Origin: Spirochaetales bacterium
GTDB lineage: Bacteria; Spirochaetota; JAAYUW01
DNA: 64,000 bases
Direction: 5' to 3'
NCBI GenBank assembly: GCA_012797605.1
Contig: JAAZOT010000053.1
Span: 280-64,279 of the forward strand
Under the pieces are notes generated by a model that saw nothing but the letters and a program-made list of their open reading frames with translations, ran no database searches and was not told the DNA's origin. Made by a program: the position numbers and the translations under genes. The first letter of the stretch is position 1; each line of letters opens with the position of its first letter. Shown here piece by piece: positions 48,743 through 58,934 of the stretch.

Positions 48743-50191
48743 ATGTTTGATCTATGTGATAAAGTTTTGAATTACGCTCAACTTTTAGGTGCTTGTTATG
48801 CAGATATTAGAGTCATAATAAGAGAGACTGAATGGTTATATACAAAAAATGGTAAACTAGAAAGTTATAGCATTAACAAAGAAGAGGGATATGGTGTTAG
48901 AGTTATAGTCGATAATGGTTGGGGATTTGCTTCAATATCAAACTTAAATAAAGAAAATTTTGAAAAAGTTGTTCAAAAAGCTATATCTATAGCAAAAGCT
49001 TCTAGTAAAGTTAGACGGGAACCAATAATTTTAGCGAAAGAACCATCTTATCAAGATATATGGTCTTCTACCTATCTGATAGATCCATTTACTGTTCCTT
49101 TCGAAACAAAATTAAATACCCTTCTTGAAATAGATGAAATACTCAGGAAAGAACCATCTGTCAAAATAGCTGAGGCAGAGATGAGATTTAGAAAGGAACA
49201 TAAATATTTTGCTAGTACAGAAGGTTCAAAAATTTTACAAACAACCGTAGTTTCTGGTGCAGGTTATGAAGCAACTGCGATAGATGAGAATGATGTTCAA
49301 AAAAGAACTTTTCCTATGGCATTTGGTGGTCAATTTATGCAGATGGGTTATGAATTGATTCAAGGATTGAAATTAAAGGAAAATGCTCCAAGAATAGCAT
49401 CAGAAGCAGCTGCACTATTAAAAGCAAAGGAGATAGAACCTGCAAAAAGAGATCTAATAATTGGAAGTGAACAACTTGCACTTCAGATTCATGAATCATG
49501 TGGGCATCCATCCGAATTAGATAGAGTTCTTGGTTATGAAGAAAACTATGCAGGAAGTTCTTTTATAACTGTAGATAAATATAAAAATATGCATTATGGT
49601 TCAAATATTGTGAATCTTGTAGCAGATTCGACTTTACCAAATGGGCTTGGAACATTTGGATATGATGATGATGGAGTTAGGGCTCAGAGATATTTTATTG
49701 TAAAAAATGGTTTATACCAAAATTATTTTACAAATAGAGAATTCGCTCCAATAATTGGTGATGAAAGAAGCCATGGATGCAACCGAGCAGACCATTTCAG
49801 CTCAATACCGATTATTAGAATGATTAACCTTTCTTTATTACCTGGTGATTATGAATTGGATGAAATGATCGCAGCTACAGAAGATGGATTATTTGTCGAT
49901 GGTGTTAAAACATGGAGTATTGACCAAATGAGACTTAATTTTCAGTTCACTTGTGAAATCGGATATAGAATAAAAAATGGTAAACTTTCCGAGATGGTCA
50001 AAAATCCTACATATCAAGGGATTACACCAAATTTTTGGCAAAGCTGTGATATGATCGCAAATGAAAAATATTGGATACCATGTGGAGTTATAAATTGTGG
50101 TAAAGGCCAACCAGGACAGGTAATGATGATGACCCATGGATGCTCACCAGCTAGATTTAAAAATATAATGACTGGAATAGTTAGAAATTAG
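48743..50191 (+). CDS. tldD: TldD metalloprotease
   Basis: GYGVRV, zinc motif IHESCGHPSELDR, YDDDGV, IRMINL and CGKGQP. GGAGG precedes ATG 48743. Confidence 0.93.
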   Translation: MFDLCDKVLNYAQLLGACYADIRVIIRETEWLYTKNGKLESYSINKEEGYGVRVIVDNGWGFASISNLNKENFEKVVQKAISIAKASSKVRREPIILAKEPSYQDIWSSTYLIDPFTVPFETKLNTLLEIDEILRKEPSVKIAEAEMRFRKEHKYFASTEGSKILQTTVVSGAGYEATAIDENDVQKRTFPMAFGGQFMQMGYELIQGLKLKENAPRIASEAAALLKAKEIEPAKRDLIIGSEQLALQIHESCGHPSELDRVLGYEENYAGSSFITVDKYKNMHYGSNIVNLVADSTLPNGLGTFGYDDDGVRAQRYFIVKNGLYQNYFTNREFAPIIGDERSHGCNRADHFSSIPIIRMINLSLLPGDYELDEMIAATEDGLFVDGVKTWSIDQMRLNFQFTCEIGYRIKNGKLSEMVKNPTYQGITPNFWQSCDMIANEKYWIPCGVINCGKGQPGQVMMMTHGCSPARFKNIMTGIVRN

Positions 50192-50206
50192 ATAAGAAAA
50201 TATTAA

Positions 50207-51085
50207 GTGACAGGTTATTTAAAACCACCTCTTAACTTACTTTATCCTCATGAAAAGCTTTTCTTAAGTAGTTCATATTGTAGTATTTGTAAAAATCTTT
50301 CGAAGAGAAAACTTTTTTTAAACCGAATTTTACTTAATTACGATTCTTTATTTTTTTATACCCTTTTTACTTTAGCTATTCCAAATTATAATTTTTCAAT
50401 ATCTCCGTTTTTTTGTAGATACACACTGACAAATCGTTACTATTTATCAGATAATGGTTTACTCGATTATTTCTCTGATTATTCTTCATTATTTTCATCT
50501 TTAAAGTTTCTAGATGATTATCATGATGAAAATCCAATCAAATCTAAATTATCTTTTACTTTATTTAAATTCCTTACCAAAACTATAAAGTATATAAGTC
50601 ATAAAGAGATTTATAACATTATTAGGAGTAAAAAAGATCAAACTAAAAATGAAATAGAAGAATTGATAGAATTTATTCAAACTATTATACCTCTAGATTA
50701 TATTAATTATTCTTATAGAAAACCAATCTCAATTATAATATCAAATCTTATTAAACTTCTTTTTTATATAGATGCAATAGATGATTTTGAGCAAGACTTT
50801 AAAAACAATAAGAAGAATATTCTTATTGATTTATACCAAAGTTCTTATAACAAAATTACCCAGATTAAAATGAAAGAAAATTTTATTCTTTTAGAAAAAA
50901 TAAAAAAGGAGTGCACATTTTCATTAAACTTAGCATTAGAACAGGTTGATATTCTTCCAAATAAAGATTTTTCTCACATTATAAAACTCTACTTTACAGA
51001 TTTAATCCCTTTTTTATTGGATAGGAGTTTATTGAAAAACAATTGCGACCAAATATTTTGTAAATACAAAATTCAATCTTTATAG
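50207..51085 (+). CDS. DUF5685-like protein
   Basis: MTGYLKP...YCSICKNL...LNYD N-terminus and acidic motifs KFLDDYHDE and YIDAIDDFEQD; family assigned from memory of the consensus. Confidence 0.65.
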   Translation: MTGYLKPPLNLLYPHEKLFLSSSYCSICKNLSKRKLFLNRILLNYDSLFFYTLFTLAIPNYNFSISPFFCRYTLTNRYYLSDNGLLDYFSDYSSLFSSLKFLDDYHDENPIKSKLSFTLFKFLTKTIKYISHKEIYNIIRSKKDQTKNEIEELIEFIQTIIPLDYINYSYRKPISIIISNLIKLLFYIDAIDDFEQDFKNNKKNILIDLYQSSYNKITQIKMKENFILLEKIKKECTFSLNLALEQVDILPNKDFSHIIKLYFTDLIPFLLDRSLLKNNCDQIFCKYKIQSL

Positions 51086-52809
51086 TAAAATTTTATTTCA
51101 AAAGATCCATTTTTCTTATCAATTTGTTTATTTTCTATTTCAACTGAGCTTTTGTCATATATTTGATTATAAAAATCAAGTATAGCACCACTTATCTTTT
51201 GATATTGGATATTTTCATGAGGGAAACTATAGTTTATCTTTATAAGATAGAATTTTTCTTCTTTTGATTCAAGACTTATCTCTATATTTGAAGGTAATGG
51301 GAAAAGACTTCTTAAATAAAAGAAAAATAATAATATGATTCTTCTTATTCCCTGAAAATCTCCTAATATTTCCTTATTTTCAACATTTTCAGGTAAACTT
51401 ATAGTTGTATCTTTATTTCTAAATATTCCCTTAAAATAATGATTAACAAGTGTAAACAAGCTAACAAGATTAAAAGGAAGATTCATTGATTCTACTTTTT
51501 TTATACCCAATCTTGAAAGAAAGATTATATCATCAATAAAAGCCATCATGAGTTGACCGGCTTCATTTATTATTTTTACATCATTGACAATTTCTTCTAT
51601 ATTCTCGCCCTCAACACCATCTTTTATTATCTGTGAAAATCCTAAAATCGAATTTAAAGGAGAACGAAGCTCATGAGCAAAATCAGATAAAAAAGGGACA
51701 ATGGTTTGTCTTAAAATAATAAATTTATCGTCTTTCTCATCTTCGATTTTTATATTTAAAGGAACTAAAATAATTATCCTTTTATCAGAAACAATTTTTC
51801 CAAAGACTCTTTTTGATAATGTAATATTTGGATTTACCTTTAGTTCAACGGTATTAATAGGGTTTAATAGGCTTAAACTATCAGAAGAAATTAAAGATTC
51901 TATTGAAAATTTTTCTATCAATAATAAAGAAAAATCATCTACATTGATATTACTTTTTTTTATTTCTCTTTCTATCTGAGCATAACCAAATTTATTAGCA
52001 TCTTCAAACAAACCTTTTTCATTAAAAATAATTATTCCAACAGGGATAATATCGAGAATTTTTTTCTGAAATAATATTAATGAATTGTAAAATTCTCTCC
52101 TTTCTTTTAATATAGATACTAAATTATTTAATCCAAACCTTATATTGTCTATTTCAGATATTTCAATTGTTTTTTCATTTGTATTATATTTACCTTCTAA
52201 AATATACTTAATAAAAATATATTGGTTAGTCAAAAAATAAGATGTGGCTTTTTCGACTTTTAGGATTAAAAAATAAAGTAAGAAATTGATAAGTAAATAA
52301 ACGATTATTGAGATTATTAGTATTTTAAAAGTTATACTATAAAAAAGCATTCTCGGAACTATTAATATACATACTCGAGAAAGAAAACTTTCAGTAAAAA
52401 AAACTTTATACTTACCATTTAAAAAATATCCACTCTTTTTTTCAAGGAAAATATTATCAAATATTTCAAGAGGAAAGGGGGGTGATTTTGTAAGGTGTAT
52501 CTCATAATTTAATATCGGATCTCTAAACAAGATGGAAGAATTTTTATTTATAGATCTATTTAATAGTATTACCTCATAGAGTTTCGTGTTTTCCATAAGA
52601 TTAGCAATAAGATTTGTTTCATTAATAAGAAAAAGATTTAATTTTTTATTTTCATAAGAAATTAAAATTGATGAAATAATAACTATTATAATGAAAGTGG
52701 CTATCGAAATTGGGAAAAAAATTTTTATAAAGAGATATTTTTTAAAAGAACTTTTTTTTACCTTCTTTTCATTTATTTTGTTGTTATTTATAAATTTCAT
52801 TTTTTTCAT
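51073..52809 (-). CDS. Membrane sensor with HisKA domain and degenerate HATPase domain
   Basis: Two TM helices, a PAS-like segment (ILDIIPVGIIIFN) and H-box FAHELRSPLNSILGFSQ; no N, G1, F or G2 boxes visible. Confidence 0.78.
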   Translation of the reverse strand: MKKMKFINNNKINEKKVKKSSFKKYLFIKIFFPISIATFIIIVIISSILISYENKKLNLFLINETNLIANLMENTKLYEVILLNRSINKNSSILFRDPILNYEIHLTKSPPFPLEIFDNIFLEKKSGYFLNGKYKVFFTESFLSRVCILIVPRMLFYSITFKILIISIIVYLLINFLLYFLILKVEKATSYFLTNQYIFIKYILEGKYNTNEKTIEISEIDNIRFGLNNLVSILKERREFYNSLILFQKKILDIIPVGIIIFNEKGLFEDANKFGYAQIEREIKKSNINVDDFSLLLIEKFSIESLISSDSLSLLNPINTVELKVNPNITLSKRVFGKIVSDKRIIILVPLNIKIEDEKDDKFIILRQTIVPFLSDFAHELRSPLNSILGFSQIIKDGVEGENIEEIVNDVKIINEAGQLMMAFIDDIIFLSRLGIKKVESMNLPFNLVSLFTLVNHYFKGIFRNKDTTISLPENVENKEILGDFQGIRRIILLFFFYLRSLFPLPSNIEISLESKEEKFYLIKINYSFPHENIQYQKISGAILDFYNQIYDKSSVEIENKQIDKKNGSFEIKFYYKD

Positions 52810-52939
52810 TTTTTTAGCTCTTTTAAACTTAGAAATAATAAAAACAAAATAATTTCATTTTTGCTTTTTATTTATACTTTTTCAAAAATTAACTGTTAAT
52901 AATTATCTCATTATACTTAATCAAACTATATTTAATCAA

Positions 52940-54613
52940 TTAAAAAAGACCATGGATATTTCCATTATCATCTATATCAATAGTTTTATAAGCTGCATCT
53001 TGTGGGAGACCTGGCATTCGCATAATATCACCAGTAATTGGAATTAAAAATCCAGCTCCAGAAGCTATCTCGATCTGCCTTACTGTAACTAGAAAGTCTT
53101 TTGGTCTTCCAAGTAATTCGGGGTTATCCGATAGAGATTTTTGAGTTTTAGCTATACAAACTGGTAAATTGTCAAAGCCATATTTTTTAATCTGCTCTAA
53201 ATCTTTTTTAGCTGAAGGTGTATAATCAACAGCTTCTGCTCCATACATGGTTGAAGCAATCTTAAATATTTTTTCTTCAGTTGTTAAACCAAGTGAATAA
53301 AGGGGGTTTGATTTTTCCTTTTTTTCGTTGGCTAGTTTTGTAACTATCTTAGCCAGATCTAACATCCCTTCACTTCCTTTTGCCCATCCTTCGCAAATCG
53401 CATAAGGAATATTCCTTTGTTCAAGTAACTTAAATAATCTATCGAGTTCTTCCTTGGTGTCTGTATTAAAAAGGTTTATTGCAACAACTGCGGGAGTTCC
53501 GAAGATTCTAATATTTTCAATATGTTTTTCGAGATTCGGAAATCCTTTTTCAACTGCATCTGGATCTGATTCATTTATTTGTTTTAATTTTTTCCCTCCA
53601 TGAAATTTTAATGCTCTAATTGTAGCCACGAGGACGACAGTTGAAACATCGAAACCAGCCTTTCTACTTACGAGATCGAAGAATTTTTCTGCTCCAAGTT
53701 CAAAGGCAAATCCAGCTTCAGTTATAGCATAATCTCCAAGATTTAATGCTAATTTGGTAGCTATTATTGAGTTTGCACCTTGAGCAATATTTGCAAAGGG
53801 ACCACCATGAATAAATACTGGATTTCCTTCTATAGTTTGGACTAAATTTGGTTTTATAGCATCTTTTAACAAAGCAGCAGCAGAACCATTGACTTTCAAG
53901 TCTCTTGCATAGATTGGTTTTCCTTCTATATCAAAACCAACTAAGATTTTCCCTATCATATCTTTTAGTTCTTTATAGCTTTCAGCTAGACACAAAATAG
54001 CCATTATTTCACTTGATGCTGTTATATCGAAACCAGTTTCTCTTGGGTAGCCATTTACAGCACCACCGAGTCCTATTATTATACTTCTAAGACTTCTATC
54101 GTTCATATCCATGGTTCTTCGCCATCTTATTGCACGTAAATCAAGTTTTATTGAGCCTTTATTTATTTCATTGTCTACAGCTGCAGCAATTAGATTATGA
54201 GCCTTTTCAACTGCTCCTATATCACCTGTAAAATGTAAATTTATATCTTCCATAGGTAAAACCTGAGAGTATCCACCACCAGTTGCACCACCTTTAACTC
54301 CAAAAACAGGTCCTAAAGAAGGTTCTCTAAGCGCTAAAAAAGACCTATAACCTAGTTTTCTAAGTCCATCATGTAAACCTATAGATGTTGTTGTTTTGCC
54401 TTCACCTGCAGGCGTTGGAGTAATGGCTGAAACAAGAATTAATTTACCTTTAGGATTTTGAATTCTAGATTGGAAATATTCATACGAAATTTTTGCCTTA
54501 TATTTACCATATAATTCTAAAGCATCCTCATCTATACCGTTATTTTTTGCAACTTCATTTATTGGGAGCAACTTAGAATTTCTAGCAATTTCGATATCTT
54601 TAAGAACACTCAT
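52940..54613 (-). CDS. fhs: Formate-tetrahydrofolate ligase
   Basis: TPTPAGEGKTT, LREPSLGP, KGGATGGG, INLHFTGD, HGGPFANIA, TEAGF, KTQKS and MPGLP. Confidence 0.97.
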   Translation of the reverse strand: MSVLKDIEIARNSKLLPINEVAKNNGIDEDALELYGKYKAKISYEYFQSRIQNPKGKLILVSAITPTPAGEGKTTTSIGLHDGLRKLGYRSFLALREPSLGPVFGVKGGATGGGYSQVLPMEDINLHFTGDIGAVEKAHNLIAAAVDNEINKGSIKLDLRAIRWRRTMDMNDRSLRSIIIGLGGAVNGYPRETGFDITASSEIMAILCLAESYKELKDMIGKILVGFDIEGKPIYARDLKVNGSAAALLKDAIKPNLVQTIEGNPVFIHGGPFANIAQGANSIIATKLALNLGDYAITEAGFAFELGAEKFFDLVSRKAGFDVSTVVLVATIRALKFHGGKKLKQINESDPDAVEKGFPNLEKHIENIRIFGTPAVVAINLFNTDTKEELDRLFKLLEQRNIPYAICEGWAKGSEGMLDLAKIVTKLANEKKEKSNPLYSLGLTTEEKIFKIASTMYGAEAVDYTPSAKKDLEQIKKYGFDNLPVCIAKTQKSLSDNPELLGRPKDFLVTVRQIEIASGAGFLIPITGDIMRMPGLPQDAAYKTIDIDDNGNIHGLF

Positions 54614-54633
54614 AATTACCTCCTATTCTTTTT

Positions 54634-55050
54634 CTATTTAGGAGCTAAAACCATCGCTTCCCCGGTTACGACTAACGCATTATTTTGATTATAAATTTCG
54701 GTTAAAAGAATGACCCTATTTTTTTCTTTTATGATTTCTTTTACAGTAACTTTTGCTTCAATAGTATCTCCAATATAAACTGGAGCCTTAAAGTTTAAAG
54801 ATTGAGAAATATATATCGTTCCTGGTCCAGGGAGTTTTGTCCCTAAAACAGTAGAAATAAATGAACTAACTAAGAGTCCATGGACAATTCTTTTTCCGAA
54901 TTTTGTAGAATTTGCATAAATTTCGTCTATATGTGCTGGATTTGTATCTCCAGTAATACCTGCAAAAAGATAAACATCTGATTCAGAAATAGTTTTTCTA
55001 AAAGTTTCAGATTGATTTACAGATAACATATCAATAGTTAAACCTTTCAT
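54634..55050 (-). CDS. MaoC-family (R)-specific enoyl-CoA hydratase
   Basis: FAGITGDTNPAHIDE hydratase motif, IVHGLL, LPGPGTIY and FKAPVYIGD. Confidence 0.9.
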   Translation of the reverse strand: MKGLTIDMLSVNQSETFRKTISESDVYLFAGITGDTNPAHIDEIYANSTKFGKRIVHGLLVSSFISTVLGTKLPGPGTIYISQSLNFKAPVYIGDTIEAKVTVKEIIKEKNRVILLTEIYNQNNALVVTGEAMVLAPK

Positions 55051-55191
55051 TTAAATCCCCCTTAACTTTATGCAAAAATTTACAAGTTTTAATTATTAAA
55101 TTATCATTAACCTACTTTTTATATTTTAAATCAAAATAAATCATAGTAAAGAAGAAAAATTTCGAAAATTTTTGTAATCAACTTATAAATA

Positions 55192-55210
55192 TTTACTATT
55201 TAATAGTAAA
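55192..55210. promoter_or_regulatory. Perfect 19-bp palindrome upstream of ssb
   Basis: TTTACTATT-T-AATAGTAAA, ending 30 nt before the ssb ATG. Confidence 0.45.
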
Positions 55211-55240
55211 AAGGGAAAATAAAGTAAAAAAGGAGATTTT

Positions 55241-55678
55241 ATGAAAGACATCAACCTAACAGTTATTAGTGGAAGACTCACTGCTGATCCTCTTTTTAGA
55301 GAAACTAAAAATGGGAAAAATTTCTGCTATTTTGGCCTTGCCTCAAACAATTTTTTCAAAAAAGAAGATAATTGGCAAAAGGAACCTACTTTTATTCTTG
55401 TTAAGTGCTGGAATAATCTGGCTGTGCAGAGTTTTGAGAGTTTAAAAAAGGGAAGTCAAGTCGTTGTATATGGCAAGCTTAAGTATTCAAATATAGAATC
55501 AAATGGTGAAACCCGAAAAAGTATAAATTATATTCAAGCTCAAAAGATTGATAAAGTTCCAAAAATCTTGATAAAAGAAAAAGACAATGAACTTGAAGAT
55601 AATAATTTTTCAATCAAGAAAAAAAAGGTAAAACAAATTGTCATTGATGATCAGAACCTTGTTAGCATAGAAAATTAA
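55241..55678 (+). CDS. ssb: Single-stranded DNA-binding protein lacking the acidic C-terminal tip
   Basis: NLTVISGRLTADP, VKCW and KKGSQVVVYGKL OB fold; ends in NLVSIEN. Confidence 0.85.
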   Translation: MKDINLTVISGRLTADPLFRETKNGKNFCYFGLASNNFFKKEDNWQKEPTFILVKCWNNLAVQSFESLKKGSQVVVYGKLKYSNIESNGETRKSINYIQAQKIDKVPKILIKEKDNELEDNNFSIKKKKVKQIVIDDQNLVSIEN

Positions 55679-55716
55679 TACTAATGACTTCCTAATAATG
55701 TAGACTCTTAAAACTC

Positions 55717-55754
55717 AAAGGGTTGTTCCATAAAGTTATGGACAACCCTTTTTT
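55717..55754 (+). terminator. Intrinsic terminator after ssb
   Basis: GGGTTG-T-TCCATAA-AG-TTATGGA-CAACCC followed by T6. Confidence 0.85.
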
Positions 55755-55842
55755 ATACCTTTGACTTTTGTTAAATTTTTATTATATTTAAAAAAGCAAG
55801 ATTTACAAATAATGTAAGCATAATTATATAAAAAAAGGGAAC

Positions 55843-57228
55843 TTGATGAAGCTTTTATATTTTGGCGAGAAAACTGAATTGACATTAAATACTGGTAAAT
55901 TTCTCATATCAGATGGATTTCAGTTTTTTATATCAGAAGGGAAAGTCCCATTACAGGATATTTTAAAAAAATATATTCCTGATGTCATTATTGTTGATTC
56001 ATCTATTATTATTAAATCAGCATATGAAATAATAAGAGAGATAAAACAGGATCCATTATTAAAGCATTGTCCAGTATTCCTTTTAACATCAGAGGGAGAA
56101 CTAAATGATCTTGATACACACCTCGATCTTGGTATTGACGAGGTTGTATTAAAACCTTTCGATGTTAGATATCTTTCAAATCGAATAAAATTATTCTATA
56201 GAATGTTTATAGCAAAAGATAACAATCCTTTAACTGGATTACCAGGTAATAGAGCTATTTCAATAAAACTTCAAAATTTAATAATTAATCAAGATAACAC
56301 GAAATTTGCAGTTATTTATGCAGATTTAGATAATTTCAAACCTTACAATGATATTTATGGATTTTCAAAAGGAGATGAAATTATTTTATATACTGCAAAA
56401 CTTTTAGAAGATACACTAAAAAAGTATTCGAGTTCACCTTTGGATTTTTTAGGTCATATTGGGGGAGATGATTTTTTAGTCATTTCAATACCAGAAAATA
56501 TAGAAAACATTTGTAACTTTATAGTTAAAAAATTTGATGAAGATGCGCCATCTTTTTATAATGAACAAGATAGAAAACAAGGGTTTATTCTTACTAAAGA
56601 TAGAGAAGGAAATCTTAAACAATTTCGATTTCTTTCAATATCCTTAGCTGTAGTCACAAACTTAAAAAGAAATTTTGATTCGATAAGTGATTTATCAAAA
56701 GTTGCAGCAGAAGTAAAAAAAGTAGCAAAATCAAAAGAAGGATCTTCATGGTATGTAGATAAAAGAAACGGAGATGTGCAAAAAGAAAAGGAATTCCTTA
56801 CAAATAATAATATAACAGAGAGAAGAAATTCTACATACAATTTAAAAAGCAAAGGTTCGATACTTCTAATTGATGATCAAAGAACTATTTTGGAATTTTT
56901 AAAAAGCTTGCTCGAATTTGAAGGGTATGAAGTAGATGCAGAATTACTCGCAACTAAAGGGTTACTTAAATCTTCCTATAAAAAGTATGACTTGATTATT
57001 ACGGATATTTCAATGCCAGAGATGGATGGATTGACTTTTATTAAAGAGTTAAGAAATAGAAGATATGGTTCTAATGTCCCTGTAGTTGTTGTATCCGCGT
57101 ACAGTAAAAAAGAACTGATTTTGGAAGCATTAAAGCTTGGGGTTGTAAAATATTTTAGAAAACCGATTGATAATAAGGATTTTTTAGAAGCCATAGGAAA
57201 TATTATCCAAGTAAATAGAAATTTTTAA
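55843..57228 (+). CDS. REC-GGDEF-REC response-regulated diguanylate cyclase family protein
   Basis: First REC (PDVIIVD...KPF), NPLTGLPG, DLDNFKPYNDIYG, GGDDF and second REC (LLIDD, ITDISMPEMDG, SA, KP). Confidence 0.9.
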   Translation: MMKLLYFGEKTELTLNTGKFLISDGFQFFISEGKVPLQDILKKYIPDVIIVDSSIIIKSAYEIIREIKQDPLLKHCPVFLLTSEGELNDLDTHLDLGIDEVVLKPFDVRYLSNRIKLFYRMFIAKDNNPLTGLPGNRAISIKLQNLIINQDNTKFAVIYADLDNFKPYNDIYGFSKGDEIILYTAKLLEDTLKKYSSSPLDFLGHIGGDDFLVISIPENIENICNFIVKKFDEDAPSFYNEQDRKQGFILTKDREGNLKQFRFLSISLAVVTNLKRNFDSISDLSKVAAEVKKVAKSKEGSSWYVDKRNGDVQKEKEFLTNNNITERRNSTYNLKSKGSILLIDDQRTILEFLKSLLEFEGYEVDAELLATKGLLKSSYKKYDLIITDISMPEMDGLTFIKELRNRRYGSNVPVVVVSAYSKKELILEALKLGVVKYFRKPIDNKDFLEAIGNIIQVNRNF

Positions 57229-57285
57229 GAATAATTTTTGAAAATAATTTTAATTTTTTAAAAAATATTTTGAGGGAGCATAAGC

Positions 57286-57633
57286 ATGTCTGAAATTTAC
57301 AAAGATGAAGGAGTTTCTGTTCATGATCAGAATGCTTTACGGCCAGCATTTAGTTTTGACCTTCAAAAATATAAGACAAATAATTCAATTAATGATGCTT
57401 TAATTATTGTAGGAGCACCTTTTATAAATCCAATAAAAAAAGACAAGATTGTTATTTCACCTACCCTATTTTCTGAAAATAAAATATTTTATGAGTTTGA
57501 TTTGAAAGACATAATAACATGGGAAGAGATTGATAAGATTGTCAATTCAAAAGGTACTACTATAACTTTAATCAAGTTATATATAAAAAAAGGAACGATT
57601 GGAATAAGATACGAACCAGTCTTGTTTCAATAG
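57286..57633 (+). CDS. Conserved hypothetical protein
   Basis: 115 aa with GGGAG RBS; G-x-P...KDKIVI...FYEF...EEIDKIVN...YIKKG resembles a small family I recall from anaerobes; function not supportable. Confidence 0.65.
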   Translation: MSEIYKDEGVSVHDQNALRPAFSFDLQKYKTNNSINDALIIVGAPFINPIKKDKIVISPTLFSENKIFYEFDLKDIITWEEIDKIVNSKGTTITLIKLYIKKGTIGIRYEPVLFQ

Positions 57634-57659
57634 AAGGCTATTAGATAATATTTATATTA

Positions 57660-58742
57660 CTATATTAATTGATAACTTTCAATTATACCACCAGCTACAA
57701 TCAAATCTTTATCATAAATTACTACTGATTGGCCACAGGAAGAAGCTTCAACTTGTTTTGAAAAATCCACATTAAACTTTATTTTGTTATTTTCTTTTAG
57801 TATTTTAACTTTAGCTTTTTCTTCCTTCGATTTGTATCTTACCTTTGCTTGATATTCAATATTACCATCAAATCTATTTTCTGGTAAAAACAAGTTCACA
57901 CAATTTGCCTTTAATTCTTTAATAAAAGGTCTTCGACCGATAACTACTTCTTTCTTCTTTGAATCTATTTTTCTGACATACATTCTTTTACCAAAGGCTA
58001 TGTTCAATCCTTTTCTCTGTCCTATAGTATATCTAAATATTCCATTATGTTTTCCTATAATCTGCCCATTTTCATCAACAAAATAACCTTCAAGATCAGA
58101 CTCATTTACTCCAAATTTAGATATATAATTTTTATATGAATCTTCATTTACAAAACAGATATCAAATGATTCTTCTTTGTTAGCAATATTTTCAAATCCT
58201 TCTTCAGTAAGTATTTTCTTTACTTCTTCTTTGCGATAGTCACCTAGTGGAAATATTATATCTTTTAAAATCGATCTATGAATCTGCCATAAAAAGTAAG
58301 ATTGATCTTTTTGAATATCAATTGCTTTTTGAATAAAATAGTTGGTGTTTTCATCTTTATAAATTTTAGCATAATGACCTGTCGCTATTTTTTCTATTTT
58401 AAATTTATGCTTTATTATATTATAAACAAGACCGAATTTTATATATCTATTGCATCTGACACAGGGATTAGGAGTCAAACCATTTAAGTATGAATCATAA
58501 AAATTTTCTTTTATAACTTTATCAAAAATGCTTCTTATATCAATGATTTCAAGTTTCATTCCCAATTTTTTAGTTGTAATATAAAGATCTTCCGAGACTC
58601 TTCTACCTATGGGAAAATTAAATGCTACTACTTCATATCCCATTTTTTTGAGTAAAATTGCAGCAAATGTAGAATCAGCACCCCCACTAAAAGCAAGACC
58701 AACTTTATCTTTCAATTTAATTCCCTCGATTTTTCTAGTCAA
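57660..58742 (-). CDS. mnmA: tRNA 2-thiouridine(34) synthase MnmA
   Basis: SGGADS, TPNPCVRCNRYIKF, ATGHYA, KDQSYFL, ESFDICF, YTIGQRKGL and GQSVVIY. Confidence 0.95.
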   Translation of the reverse strand: MTRKIEGIKLKDKVGLAFSGGADSTFAAILLKKMGYEVVAFNFPIGRRVSEDLYITTKKLGMKLEIIDIRSIFDKVIKENFYDSYLNGLTPNPCVRCNRYIKFGLVYNIIKHKFKIEKIATGHYAKIYKDENTNYFIQKAIDIQKDQSYFLWQIHRSILKDIIFPLGDYRKEEVKKILTEEGFENIANKEESFDICFVNEDSYKNYISKFGVNESDLEGYFVDENGQIIGKHNGIFRYTIGQRKGLNIAFGKRMYVRKIDSKKKEVVIGRRPFIKELKANCVNLFLPENRFDGNIEYQAKVRYKSKEEKAKVKILKENNKIKFNVDFSKQVEASSCGQSVVIYDKDLIVAGGIIESYQLI

Positions 58743-58934
58743 AGCTAAATTTAGTCAGATTTTATTGATGTTTATTAAATTAAATGCATAAAATAATTAA
58801 CATAATGACAAGAAAATGAAATATTTTAAAATATTAAATTGAGAGATAAATTTTATATGATAATTTCAGTTAAAATTGATGTAAAAAATCGTTCAACACA
58901 ACCTTTCTATAAATAAATTTTAAGGGAGAAATTT

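Noticed and set aside
2191-57194. Many 60-120-aa ORFs in the track (for example 2191-2373, 2988-3233, 12151-12513, 17971-18249, 23190-23483, 32565-32861, 36487-36783, 56556-56852)
   Set aside because: They lie antisense to, or out of frame within, well-supported genes, are S/F/L/I-rich shadows, and have no RBS or motif.
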